Shown: positions 14,171 through 29,301, counted from the stretch's first letter. The stretch is DNA of 64,000 nucleotides from Octopus vulgaris (GCA_951406725.2 OX597828.1:71796001-71860000), one strand, 5' to 3'. Notes: generated by a model from the letters alone, not told the origin. Translations and numbers: made by a program.

Positions 14171-15080
14171 TAGGTGAATGAATTATCCTATGTTTATCGT
14201 CAGCATGGAAAATTCGTTTAATCGAAACCAGGGTAGCAAATTCACGTCAGAAACACGGTTGAAGCGACCTGTCAAGGGTAGAAACTCCGGGTTCATGTGC
14301 AGAAATTTGTGTGTTGTATATGAATAAATGACAGAATGGAGTCGAACGAAGATGTTAACAAAATTCCTTTACTCTCGACATATGTTTCGAAGACAGCATG
14401 TTTTCATTCCAAAGGAATAAATGGTAGTTTATGCTATCTTCTCATCAGGAAAGAAAGGGAGCCGCTCTCGACAACAAGACAAACAAAAATTTCGATTACT
14501 GCCTACATGGTAAACAAAACGATAATGAATGTTTTTTAAAAAAACCGTTAGAAGAATTGACGTCAAAGATAGATAGTAGGAAGAGAAAGGTTAAAGGAAT
14601 AATAGGTAGGGAACAAGTGGAGAGGGAAGGGTACGTTGATTAAAAGAATGTTCGAAGGCTTAGGAAAGAATTTCGCTATTGAAGTGGGGTGGACGTGAAG
14701 CTAATTGTTCAAACCACAGTGACTATCGTTATCATTTATATGAGTAGAAAGTATGTTTCTGCCAGTGTTTACATTTGTATGATTTTTCTATGAGTGTGTT
14801 TACTAGGGGAACCTTAGAGAAGAGAATATGGAAGAGTTCAGAGTTGCAAATGTTACAAAATCTCCTGCCCTTATCAAAAGGAAAGGATACAGACAGTATG
14901 AACCAATCTAATTTGAAATTTATATTGTTGTCTTTAAGACGCCAAACTAATTTACTTAGCCCTGCACTATGTCGTTTTTACTATCCCTGAATGTTAAATA
15001 ATGTTTTGAAATTCTCTTGGATAACTGGGAAGTGGACGCTCCTATATAGAAGAAGACATCGGTACCAGAAGAAATATATA
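14169..15080 (-). mobile_element. Penelope-like element 3' end: GIY-YIG endonuclease C-terminus plus pLTR
   Basis: Minus strand, one frameshift: FYIGASTSQLSKRISKHYLTFR / SAGLSKLVWRLKDNNINFKLDWFIL...FCNICNSE...VN...CKHWQK*, stop at 14732-14734. The downstream pLTR holds a hammerhead and ends at (TA)n. Confidence 0.85.
14372..14453 (-). ncRNA. Type I hammerhead ribozyme in the Penelope pLTR
   Basis: Minus strand: ctttc CTGATGA gaagatagcat-[loop]-atgctgtcttc GAAA catatg TC gagag. All core nucleotides intact, 11-bp stem II, 5-bp stem I, palindromic stem III, GUC site. Confidence 0.85.
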
Positions 15081-15086
15081 CATACA

Positions 15087-15117
<31 letters not shown>

Positions 15118-15332
15118 CCACTGAATACGATATTGAACACTCATTCTCACTATTCGCCGTTATCGTGTGTATATTTGCGTGTGCATATGTATGTATATAT
15201 GTATACAATATATGTATATATATATATGTATACACACACACACACTCACACACACACACACTTACACACACACACTCACACACACACACTCACACACACA
15301 CACTCACACACATACAGACATGTGCATGTGTG

Positions 15333-15715
15333 TCATTGTTCAGTTTTATTTCAAGTTTTCTTGCCAAGAGAGTAAAAACAGGCTTCTTACCCAGATCCAT
15401 GGCTACTTCATTGGAATTTCAACATCAACAGCAGGGTATTTTTGTATGTATATATGTATGTATGTATGGATGAATGTATGTATGTATATGTGCAGATTTG
15501 TATGTTTTATGTATGTATTCTCATGTATATAGTTGCCTATCTAGACATGCTCATATATATTTAAATGATAAACTTCTAAAAAGTTTTACAGAGTTTTACA
15601 GTTCCAGTGATGGATTGGATCTGTAGTCTTCGAATTAGCTTTCTCCTTTCTGATTTTGAGAAGCCTAATTTCTCAAGATTGGTATTTAGTCAATGTGCGT
15701 ATGTTTGTAAGGAAA
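15333..15715 (-). mobile_element. RLE-type non-LTR retrotransposon 3' end associated with (CATA)n
   Basis: Minus strand LNTNLEKLGFSKSERRKLIRRLQIQSITGTVKLCKTF resembles RLE LINE C-termini; 3' UTR with internal (CATA)n and AATAAA. Confidence 0.5.
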
Positions 15716-15739
15716 TATGTATATATGTATGTATGTATT

Positions 15740-16098
15740 CTTTTATTTGTTTCAGAGACTAGACATGGCGATGCTGGGGCATCGCCTTAAAAAATTTTGG
15801 TCGAAGAAGTCGATCCCAGTACTTATTTTATTGGTGTCTTTTACCGAACCGCTAATTTACGGGGACGTAAACAAGCCAACACCGGTTGTCAAGCGGTGCT
15901 GGTCGACAAATATATGCATAAAGATACACACATAAATATGTGTATATGTACATATATATGACGAACTTTCAGTTTCTGTCTACCAAATTCACTCACAAGA
16001 CTTTGGTTGATCTGAGACTATAGTAGAAGACATCGAACTGAACCCAGAACCATGTGGTTGGGAAGCGAATTTCCTACCTTACAGCCATAGCGGCACCT
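15740..16098 (-). mobile_element. SINE family A, internally deleted
   Basis: Reverse-complement match to family A. Confidence 0.8.
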
Positions 16099-16458
16099 AC
16101 TATGTATGCATGTATTTATGCATGGACATGTGTATATGAACTTACAAGTGTTATCTTGAACAAAATCAAGGGGACGCAATTCAAGCTGTGCGATAAAATG
16201 TTTATCACATTCAATGAAATTTGCATTAAAAATAGTGTTAAAACTATGTAGCAAGAGATACATACATACGCGCGCGCGCATGTGTCTATCAGTCATGTAG
16301 TTATTTGGGGATACAGGGCCAGAGTCTACATGCATTTGTATTTGCGTATAGTACTTAGGTTTAAGGTGGATTTGTGAAAACAGGATTCAATAGATTACAA
16401 ACCCCTGGTATTTCTGGCGCTGAAATGAAGGATCAACAGTCATGATAGAAGATAGAAC

Positions 16459-17052
<594 letters not shown>

Positions 17053-17102
17053 CTATATAAATTATAGCTACATATTGAACGTGTCTTGTTTCATAAATTG
17101 CA

Positions 17103-17327
17103 CGAGGTGGGGGGAGCTGAAAAGTTTATGGCTTTGGGTAAAAGAAGATACATGAGGATCAGTTAATTATGATTTTATTCAACATATTCCCCCTCTCAGA
17201 TTCACACCCTTACTTCGGCGGTCCTTCAAATTCTTTTCTAAATCCTGCAAATAAGCTCGGAAGGCTGGGTCTTCGAGCAGGCCTTTCGCAACACCCTTAA
17301 AGCCAGGAACTTTTCAGCAACCACCCC
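17103..17327. mobile_element. Mariner-derived MITE
   Basis: Terminal inverted repeats gctgaaaagtttatggcttt (~17116-17135) / aaagccaggaacttttcagc (17299-17318); internal ttttattcaacatattcccc motif typical of mariner ends. Confidence 0.7.
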
Positions 17328-17471
17328 TTTAAGGTTTGAGCATTTGTGAATGCTGAGTGGCACAATTGTGACGGGCATCGTATGTGTCTGGGAGATGCTG
17401 AAGGAGACCAGGTTAGGATGACACCCATTGCTGTATGATTCTGCGAGGGCCTGCATACCTGCACGTGCGCG

Positions 17472-18931
<1,460 letters not shown>

Positions 18932-19207
18932 CCGACAGCTTTGCTTGCTCTTTGCCTTGGGCTTCCTTCAGTCAGTGACAAACCCAAAGGCAGGGGACAA
19001 GCCCATAGCCGTCTTCTGCTGGGAGTATTTCTTTTTCTGTCTTTTCTCTGCAATTTACACGATTCTATGCTAAAAATGTCTCCACCAAACAACAACTTTC
19101 TCATGTTTTTTCAACCAGAAATTCTTGTCTTTCGGTGGGAATTTAGCAATTTCTTATTTTGTGTTCTGGCAATTTCCCTCACTTTATTTTTACCTTGATC
19201 ACCATTT

Positions 19208-19235
19208 CCTTTCTTTCTTTCCTTCTTCCTTTCCT

Positions 19236-19276
<41 letters not shown>

Positions 19277-19448
19277 GTTTTTGAACTTTCTCCGTCTCTT
19301 TTCCTTCCTCTCCCTTCTTCTCCTTCCTCCCTCTCTTCCCCCCCCTCTCTCTCTCTCTGTAACCCTATCTATCTCTTTGTCTCTATCTCTCTCCCGCCCT
19401 CCTTCCTTCCCTCTCTTTCTCTTATCTCTCTCTCTTTCACTCTCTCTC

Positions 19449-19531
<83 letters not shown>

Positions 19532-19880
19532 GTCTGTCTATCTATTCATCTCTGTCCCTCTGTCCCTCTGTCTCCGCCTCTCTTTCTCTTTCTCTCTCTC
19601 TCTGTCTCTATCTGTCTATCTATTCATCTCTGTCTATCTGTCTGTCTGTCTCTCTTTCTCTCTCCCCCCTCTCTCTCTCCCTCCCTCCCTCTAGCTCCTT
19701 ATCATCTCTCTGACTGTGGCAGCTTCTTTACGCTGACGTTTTCCTGCCCCGAACGAATCCTCCTATCTACTTCTCCCCTTCCTCATTCCTCTCCTTTTCC
19801 CCTTCCTCATTCCTCTCCTTCTCCCCTTCCTCCTTCTCCCTCTCTTTCTCTTCCATTCCTCCTCATCCATCCTCCTCCCA
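19208..19880. repeat. Polypyrimidine (TTTC)/(TC)/(TATC) tract
   Basis: Directly visible. Confidence 0.9.
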
Positions 19881-20125
19881 CCGCAACCCCCTTATACTTT
19901 AAATTCTTCTCAACTATTGCGCTTGACAGTTTTCTCGCTTACGTGTGTACATGTGTATAGGCATCACAGTTGTCGATGTGTGGGTGTGTATGCGGATGTG
20001 TGTGCGTGCGTATGTATATGTGTATGCGTATGTGTGTGTGTGTGTATGTGTGTGAATGTGTGTGTATGGTGTGGGCATGTGTCTATAATCTGCGTGTGTT
20101 TTACATTTTAATGCAAGTGAATTTA

Positions 20126-20191
<66 letters not shown>

Positions 20192-21219
20192 CAACAACGA
20201 CAATAACAACAATAATAATAGTGATGATGATGATGATGGTTGTATGTGGTGGTGGTGGTGGTGAAGATGATGTTAAGTATGATTTCTTTTATAAAAATAA
20301 TAATAATGACGATGATGATGGTTTGTGATGATGATGATGATGATCTTTATTCAAGTGTTTAATGGAAATACATCTTTTAGATTCGTCGTTCGCCCCCCCC
20401 CCCGCACCCGTCTCCCTCATCCGTCCTCTACTCCCACAGCCCACTTACCCCACCATTCCACTCAGCCCCCTTTAATCTGTCTAAAATATCTGCCGAACTT
20501 TGATTTTTATTCTTTAAAATAATATCACCTTAAAACTGTCTTCAGAAAGACATGCTGTGAGATATATTGATTTTTGTGTGATAGAATGATGGCGAGAGCG
20601 GCGGCGGGGAGGAGGGGTGTCTTGTAATAAAAATATATTGACCTGCTAAGACAAGATTTTGCTATGAGTTATTCGAGGTTTTTATTGAAAATGAATATTT
20701 ATATAAAATGCATTAAAAGACGAAAAACGTTTACATCTTAGGAAATCAAGTGATATGGAAAGAAAGAAAAAAAAAACAAATAAAAATTAATTAAATAAAA
20801 ACTATCGATAATTTTTTGCAATGTCTGACCAATATTCCTGAAGACTATTGTCCAGTCACTGACCGGTGGTTCTTAGAAACTATTGTTCATTCTTCAGTTA
20901 TGTTCCTACACTCCTCTGCCGTTTTTTCAATGGTCGCTGCTCTTTACTGTAGACTTTACTGTATACCAGTGCTGCCTGGGAAATTCTTGCCATTCACTGA
21001 CCATTCTTTTTAAAGACAGAATCCATTCCCTGAGCACAGATTCTTTAAAACCATTGTTCATTCGAAAGTTGTGTTCTCATTCCCTCTGGCGTTGCTATAG
21101 TGACATCTGCTCTTCTAACCTTTACTCTGCGCCAGCACTGTTTGATAACGACCTGCCATTGTCCATTAGAGACTTGTATTGAATAGTCTCTCTCTTTCTC
21201 TCTCCTTCTCTAAGATAGC

Positions 21220-21410
21220 AACCTGGCGAAATCGTTGGCATTTCGGACAAAATACTTTGTGGAGTTTCTTCTGGCTTTAGTTCTGTGTTCAAACGCCGCC
21301 GATGTAGATTTAGTCGTTTATTCTTTCGAGAACGATAAAATAAGTATCAGTCGAGCACTGCTGTCGGTGTAATCGACTGGCCCCTCCCCTTAAAATTTCA
21401 GGCCTTGTGA
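21220..21410 (+). mobile_element. SINE family B, old copy
   Basis: Diverged match to the adjacent younger copy. Confidence 0.65.
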
Positions 21411-21440
21411 ATCAACGGATACAGAAAATAAAATACATAA

Positions 21441-21628
21441 GGCGGCGAGCTGGCAGAATCGTTAGCACGTCGGGCAAAATCCTTAGCGGTATTTCGTCTG
21501 TCTTTACGTTCTGAGTTCAAATTCCACCGAGGCCGGCTTTGCCTTTCGAGGTCGATAAATTAAGTACCAGTTGCATACTGGGGACGATCCAATCGATTTA
21601 TTTCGGGCCTTGTGCCTAGAGTAGAAAA
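21441..21628 (+). mobile_element. SINE family B with degenerate target-site duplication
   Basis: ggcggcgagctggcagaatcgttagc head; flanks ggatacagaaaataaaatac (21417-21436) and ggatatagaaaataaatac (21629-21647). Confidence 0.88.
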
Positions 21629-22117
21629 GGATATAGAAAATAAATACTAGGAAGAACTGTTTACTCTCTCTCTCTATTCCCTCTACCGCTACTACAGTAG
21701 CTGCTGCTCCTATTTACCTTTTTACTTCAATAAACTTCATCTTCTGGAGGAAAGGGCACTGCCCCTTAGCCTTTGGATCTTTGTAGGCCCTCCAAGACTG
21801 GTGAGTTTGATGGCATTGACGTTCCGTTTAAAATATCGTTGTTTTAATATCTGCGCGGGGGTGGGGAAAAGAGATTTCAGTGGGATGATGCGCTGGGGAG
21901 GAAGGACTATGAATCGTGGTTAGTGCGGGACGTGGGGTGGGATTGAACATAACAAGGATGACGAGAAGTGGAGAGACGATTGGATCGGATGACCCCTCGA
22001 CTGGAGTATGTATGAGATTTGCTAGGACAAGAGGACATAATTGTAGTGGCAGAAAAGAGGGAATAAGCCGCACGCCTGTGGGTCAGAGGCTGGAGTGTGT
22101 CCGTCGGGAACTTAATG

Positions 22118-22420
22118 GCGCGTGGCTTTGTGGTTAGGATATTCAGTTCACAATCTTAGAGTCGTGAGTTCGATTTCTGGCGGCGCCTTGTGTCCTTCAG
22201 CAAGATCTTTATTTCACGTTGCTCCAGTTCACTCAACTGGCAAAAATGAGTCGTACCTGCAATTCAAAAAGGACCAGTCATGTCACATCTTGTGTCACAC
22301 TGATTCTCTCAGAGAACTATGTTACGGGTTCTTGTGACTGCAGGGTGCTCAATTTCATGCGCAGGCTGTTCCCTTGACCTGATCAACTGGAGCACTCGTC
22401 GTCGTCACCGACGGAGGACC
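22118..22420 (+). mobile_element. SINE family C
   Basis: Colinear with 10030-10350. Confidence 0.8.
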
Positions 22421-23159
22421 TCCTTTAATGGCCAATCAGCCAAGTTCCTCCGCCTCTTCAGTCGAAGATGGTTTAGTTGTGTAGCAGCAACACCATCGTA
22501 GACGCAGCAGCAGTTCTCCATCGTGTATCTCACTTAAACCTTGTAAAATGTGAACAGCTATTGAGGGCTGAAATATTTTCTGACCAGCTTTTGGCTTGAA
22601 GGCCTTCCATAATCATACATTCACTGACCAACACTCTTTAACGCCATTAGCCATTGACCATTAGCCATTGACCATTAGAGAGTTGTGTTCTTACTCCTAC
22701 AGCCAATATGTGATATCTGATCCTCTAAACTTCTTTGCTATGAGCCAGATCTACTTTAAAAAATAATCCGCTGCAATCATAAATTCACTGACCATTTACT
22801 CTTTAATACCATTGTCCATTATTAAGTCGTGTTCTGTCATCCTCTGCCTTTTCCACCGCTACTATCGTGGTCTCTGCTCTTCTGAACTTCTTTACTGTCG
22901 TTGCCAGTAAAGACTTCATCGCAAAGATTAGCCTCCCTGTTCAGAGACAGGGAATACTCCGACTCGCCCGACGAGAATTACTGGTTCTTTACTAAGCTGA
23001 AATGAGATCCCATGATAGTGTACTGCCCCAAATCCTGGGGTCGTTGCTATAGTTACACACACGGAGAGATCTTAGAGCGCATTGTCACTTCAACCCACGA
23101 AAAGGACAGTCGATTAATTAACACGATGTTAGCAACAAATTATGAATATTACTCTCTTT

Positions 23160-23440
23160 GACAAGATCCGAAATGAAAAGATCCTATGCGGTGTGATGGT
23201 CTGCTTACAATGATGAAAATCTTGATTTGATGGAAATTTACGTCGGTTGGGACATGCACAGGATGGCCAACAGCTGACTCCGTCGACAAATCTTTTACCC
23301 CAGACTATTTCAAGGGGAAACCATGGAAGACCTGGACTGAGATTCAAAGATAAAAAGAATATGAAGTGGGAAGGAATTGATTATAATAAATGGCCAAACT
23401 CAGGCGAAAAGCCGACCAGTTTGTAGAAAGCTTATCAAGT
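23160..23440 (+). mobile_element. RTE-clade LINE 3' fragment
   Basis: Degenerate translation LRRLGHA, RQIFY, HGRPGLRFKD, KNMKWEGIDYNKW resembles the RTE/BovB C-terminus. Confidence 0.6.
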
Positions 23441-23876
23441 CATGCTCAAGCCATGAGTGGACAGAGTCGCCGCGACTGACCGCGAATAAGATATAAATCA
23501 GTCACCAACACATTCCTTCCTCCCCACATATATGATGCGCCCTCCCGCTGTATCTTTTTCACGGCTTCTACAGCGCCTCCTGCGCCCCAGATCTGACAAG
23601 TCCTGTTCCACATCCACTCAGACACTGCACATTTACCTACATCCCACCATCTATTCACACCTAACGTGTAGACTCCCAGACACTGTGGTAATCCCTACAT
23701 CCAGTCTTTCCGTCGCCTGACTCTCTTGAAATTTCATCTTCCACGTCAAACTACAAGTGTTCTAAAGGAATACCAACTGCATCAGTGTCGCCAGTGACGG
23801 AAGACCTGTAAAGGCTACGAGCATTGCCTCTTCCTCCAAACCCAATCAGACACAACGGAAAAAAGAAATGAGCAAT

Positions 23877-24270
23877 GGCGGCGAGACGGCAGAATCGCCG
23901 GACAGAATGCTTAGCGGCATTTCGTCTGTCTTTACGTTCTGAGTTTAAATTCCGCCAAGGTCGACTTTGCCTTTCCTCCTTTCGGGATCGATAAATTAAG
24001 TGCGTACTGGGGTCGATCTAATCGACTGGTCCCCTCCCCAAAAATTTTGGGCCTTGTGCCTAGAGTAGAAAAGAATCGTTAGCACGCCGGACAAAATGCT
24101 TAGTGGCATTTCGTCCGTCTTTAAGTTCTGAATTCAAATTCTGCCGGGGTCGACTTTTGTTTCGTCCTTTCGCGGTCGATAAAATAAGTACCGGTTGACC
24201 ACTGGGATCAATTTAATCGACTTACCCCATCCCCTGATATTGCTGGCATTGAGCCAAAATTTGAAATCAA
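23877..24270 (+). mobile_element. Two tandem SINE family B copies
   Basis: Two consecutive bodies, about 23877-24072 and 24073-24270. Confidence 0.85.
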
Positions 24271-24655
24271 CAATAATAATAATAATAATAATAATAATAC
24301 TGCAAGTAACAACAGTAAGAATAACGACAACAACATCAAGAAGAAGAAGAAGAAGAAGAAGAAGAAGAAGACAAAGAAGAAAGAGATAACAACAAAATCA
24401 ATAGAAACAATAACGGCAATGCTTGAAGTAAGATTATTATTAAGAACTACAACAACAACAGTAAGAACAACTATGACAACAACAGCAGCAGCAGCAGCTG
24501 CCAGAGCACGACGATGACATCACCACCACCACCAGCAACAACAACAACAACAACAGCAACCACAACAACAACCACAACAATAACAACGACTGCTACAACA
24601 GAAACACTAGCAATAACAGCATCAACAACGACCTTGTTTCAGAGATCGATTAGAG

Positions 24656-24698
<43 letters not shown>

Positions 24699-24769
24699 AG
24701 GAGAGAAAGAGAGAAAGAAAGAAAAGAAGAGAAGAGAAGAAAGGAAAGACTATAAAGAAATGCATTGCC

Positions 24770-25124
24770 AGTTGCCAGTCGGTTGTGTGTGTGTGTGTGT
24801 GTGTGTGTGTGATTGATTTTATTCTTTATTCTTTTCTTGCTCGGTGATTAGTTCCAGCACCAATTTTGTGGCAGAGAATAAACTTAGTAGAATAATTTTT
24901 GGTAAATTCATCTTCAGAGAGAACAACGTTTGCTTGCTGTGTGTGTGTTCTTCTTGCGGTATTATCGATTGAGTTGTTGGGGAACATATGTTCAGGTTAA
25001 GGTCGACACGAAACGAGAAACTGTGAACTAGTTAACAATATTTGGCAGTCTTTCAACTCACAAGTCTGCTTCTGGAACCATTTATTAATTCAAACTCTGG
25101 TTTTCTTCCAGTGACAGGGACGGG
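24770..25124 (+). other. Candidate non-coding 5' exon
   Basis: Unique sequence ending in a consensus donor GGG|GTAAGT (GT at 25125); start position is a guess. Confidence 0.25.
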
Positions 25125-25126
25125 GT

Positions 25127-25164
<38 letters not shown>

Positions 25165-25346
25165 GTGGGGGGTCCTTTAATGTCGGTGTTGGTGTGTCTT
25201 GTCTTCTTAAATAACGACATCATAATTTGCTGCTGTTTCTTTAACCCTAGATCGCCTATTTTAAACAAGACCTACATCATCCAACAATGGCGTCCTGCCC
25301 GTTTTGTATAAAATAATTATGTAAAATTTGAGCGATATTTTGCAGT

Positions 25347-25552
25347 TACCATTTTTTCCGGTATACCAGTCGACGTAGCATACTATGTGAACATGTAAAT
25401 ATTCAAACAGCACCAGAATTTTCCAAATTCTGGTGTATTTCACATGGAATTTTTGGTCCTTTAAACTCGTCTTGGTGTATAAGTCGACCTGTCATTTTTG
25501 GCCGTAAATTCTGGTCTGAGAAATTCGACTTATATTCCAGAAAGTAAGATAT
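25347..25552. mobile_element. Tigger/pogo-like MITE
   Basis: Imperfect TIRs taccattttttccggtataccagtcga / tcgacttatattccagaaagtaagata; internal gtgtataagtcgac. Confidence 0.55.
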
Positions 25553-27184
25553 GTCTGAACAGCATATAACCATGTTGAAGTATGTGGCCTTATTGACTTG
25601 ATTAAGATATTAGAGTTAATCGGATTAATAAAAGAGGCGACTGGAGGATTAAGAGGTCGGCAAATTCTTTTATCTTTTGATCTTTACAGCTTCTTTCTCT
25701 CTTTCTTTAGCAAATCTAATTTAAATGGATAACACTTATATTTATCCATGTTATATTCCTATGTATCACATCGGCGTAAATTAATGCATATAATGCCGTT
25801 GTGTGTGTAGCATTTATAATATCTACACAAACCTAGAACGGCCCTAGCTCGTTATAGTTTGTGTCTAAGAAACTTCCTAAACACCGGATTTTACTCAGAA
25901 TGCCGGAGGATCATCAGGCACACTGTTTCGATCTGATTTGGTTAACTCATGGACAAATACTTTAGACATTCTGAGTTGAGCCAGAAGAATGCTTGTTCCG
26001 ATATAGAAATCGGTAAATAAAGCGTTTACTGATTTCTGAGAAAGCTAACCAGACTAGAATGAAATTAATATACACACTTGAGGCAACGTTAGATCAGAAT
26101 ACCAGCCTGCATAACATATATATAATCAATATCGAAGACAAACACACACACACACACAAGGTATGTGTTTTGCTAGTTCGTGAGTGGGCTGCGCTTATAG
26201 GCGTAAGAGAGTATATACTTTTCAATGCACCTGATGTTAAAACACCTGAAAGCCTTGAATTGTTTCGTTGTACGAAACGTTGGGATAGTCCAGCTGATGG
26301 TTCTTACACCATTTTGCATATAGTTAACTATATGCTTCTTAACTATTAACTATTGCTTCTAACATTCAGCCAATCCTGCGCCTAATATATACTCAACATA
26401 ATGTTGTTTTTTTTTCCGATGTGGAAATTGGTAAACAAATCGTTTACTGAATATAAGAAAGCTTGCCAGGTTAGAATAACACAAGTCTCTTTGAGAGGTT
26501 TCTCTGCGGTATAAAACCACAGATAGTGCCGTCTCATATTTGTATAGACATTATATATATTATACACACGGGTATTTTAATCTAAGGCTATTTTAAGTGT
26601 CTATATTAAATCAATTCTAGGTTGGTTAGCTTTCGCAGAAATCAGTAAATGCTATGTTTAACCAATTTCTGTAATGGAATGAGCATTTTCTGGCTTGGTT
26701 CAGAACGTCTGAAGTATCCATCACTGAAGAGACGAAATCAAATTGAAACACCGTGTCTGGTGATCCACCGGCGTCGTCAGCAAATCCTTGTTTTTTTAAT
26801 GCAAGTCTCTTTGAGAAGTTTCTCTGAGACAATATTACGACCTGGTGCCATTGGTGCCATTCTATATACGTAAACACATTATAGATGTGTTTACACATCA
26901 GTATTTTAATCTAAGGTTATTTCAAGTACATTATATTAATGTAGGAAAAAATATGCTAAGCACAAATTTCAGTTTACATAGTTTGTTCCCTACGTATGTT
27001 TCACCATTGTGGCTATTTGCATTGATCTGTAACGAGTAACACCACTGAGTAGAGCGGAAAGCACACCACTTTACTGGAAGTTGACTGGTTGGTGATACTC
27101 AAGATGGAGCTCTAAACTTACCAATAGGAATCGGACTGTACACGCAATAAATACTATAGAAATGTATCGTATATTTTATGAACA

Positions 27185-27525
27185 AGAGTGGCTGAGTGGT
27201 AAGAAGCTTGCTTCCAAGCCACATGGTTCCGGGTTCAGTCCCACTGCGTGGCACCTTGGGCAAGTATCTTCTACTATAACCTCGGGTCAACCAAAGCCTT
27301 GTGAGTAGATTTAGTAGACGGAAATTATATCTATATTTCACCCCCACCCTCACCCACCACTGCTTGACAACTTAACGGTTCGGCAAAAGAGATCGATAGA
27401 AGAAGCGCCAGGATTTAAAATATACACGAGCACTGATATCGATCCAATCGACTAAAAATTCTTCAAGGTGGTGCTCCAGCTTGGCCGCAGTCTAATGAGT
27501 GGAACAAGAGAAAGATAAAAGAAGA
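27185..27525 (+). mobile_element. SINE family A, diverged
   Basis: Match to family A head and tail. Confidence 0.82.
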
Positions 27526-28141
27526 GACAAAAGCCAGGTAAATGCTGTTCTGTTTTGAAGAACGGAAAACATCAGCGGGTTTCGTAAATAATTGGTCGAA
27601 AAAAAACATATAATTGGTGGATAATGCGGAATACTTAGAAATCTTAATTTGTTTTGCCAACGGCAGAACCTCCAAAGACCAGCAGAATTAATGAGACACC
27701 TTGCAGCAAAATCATCCACCTCAGTAACATCCGAAAGTTAACAGTACTCTCCTCTCCAAAGACACAATTTTAGACTGTTTGGTCTTTTGCCATCAACATA
27801 AGACAAACTGGCTGATACCACAGCAGGCGGAATATTGATTAAAGCAAATAACCACATCGTTATCCTGCTAAAACATTGAACATAGTCCCTATAAACTCTG
27901 CGACTAATCAAATAGGAATTCTTCACGAAGACGCAGTTGTCTGCGGTGCGTTTCAATCAATGACGTGAATTTTTTTTTTTTTACTCCATAGAATTCACAG
28001 GATTTTTTCTCTGTGAAGACAAGAATTGGTTAGCAATAATAAGCAGGAATTAGACAATAGGAATTTTTATGATCATTATGGTCTTCATGTGCCGCAAATG
28101 GTGTACGTCGAGGAGTGAAATAATACTGTTTGAGAGACGTG

Positions 28142-28231
<90 letters not shown>

Positions 28232-28393
28232 CACATAGAGCGCTAGAGTCGACCATATAGTGGTCACTCACTTATATATGTGTATATAAATTTTTATTGT
28301 ATCCCTGTTTTTTTATGCGCTAAGCCACTTAGTGTTAAATTGATGGTATTATTAAATTAATATCCAACTTTCCACCCTTATTTTTTTATTTAT

Positions 28394-28463
<70 letters not shown>

Positions 28464-28464
28464 G

Positions 28465-28531
<67 letters not shown>

Positions 28532-28845
28532 GTGTGTGTGTCTGTCTGTCTTTCACACACACTACATACATAGCAAACACACACGTGTGTTTGAGTGCTT
28601 ATGCATAGACATACAAACACATGCGCGCGCACACACACAGACACACTGACACACACACACATATCTATATACATACATTCATACATGTATACATATTAAT
28701 ATGGTTCCAAATTATACAAAGTCAAACAGAAGAAAATACAGAAATAGGAACAGCAAGGAAGGTGTTTTATTTTGATATTCTGTGAAAATGGAAAAGTCTT
28801 CGACGTTTCAAGCCTACGCTCTTCTATACATATATGCATGTATAC

Positions 28846-28879
<34 letters not shown>

Positions 28880-28886
<7 letters not shown>

Positions 28887-28989
28887 ATCACGTGACCGAC
28901 CAGTCATCAGATGTAGTTACACATCGCTGGTCACAATGCGTTCGCATTGTTTTATATAACGCCACCCCGCTGGCTAAACGAGCAGGCCA
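28880..28989. mobile_element. Short interspersed repeat at (TA)n, copy 1
   Basis: Near-identical to 30010-30129; starts with palindromic TCACGTGATCACGTGA. Confidence 0.75.
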
Positions 28990-28993
28990 GTAC

Positions 28994-29052
<59 letters not shown>

Positions 29053-29098
29053 TATACATATATATATATATACATATATATACACACACATATATGTC

Positions 29099-29130
<32 letters not shown>

Positions 29131-29258
29131 ATGTATGTAATGTATGTATGTATGTATGTATGTATGTATGTATGTATGTATTAAACACTCGCAGTGTGGA
29201 AGACATATATTAGCTATTCAAACCTAGACAGACTTAATTTCAGTTGAACATTTACTTG

Positions 29259-29301
29259 TGTCAGCATTTTCGTCGCATGAACTGCGACCTGGTCACTGCC
29301 A
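29259..29301 (-). ncRNA. Hammerhead-like motif, G3-C8 core variant (cleavage site mutated)
   Basis: Minus strand: tggca GTGACCA g gtcgca-gttca-tgcgac GAAA at GC tgaca. Confidence 0.5.

Noticed and set aside
20839-20892. CTGAAGA...GAAACTATTGTT hammerhead
   Set aside because: Stem II does not close next to the core and stem I does not pair.
26724-26745. CTGAAGA-GAC-GAAA hammerhead
   Set aside because: No room for stem II, and no stem I or III.
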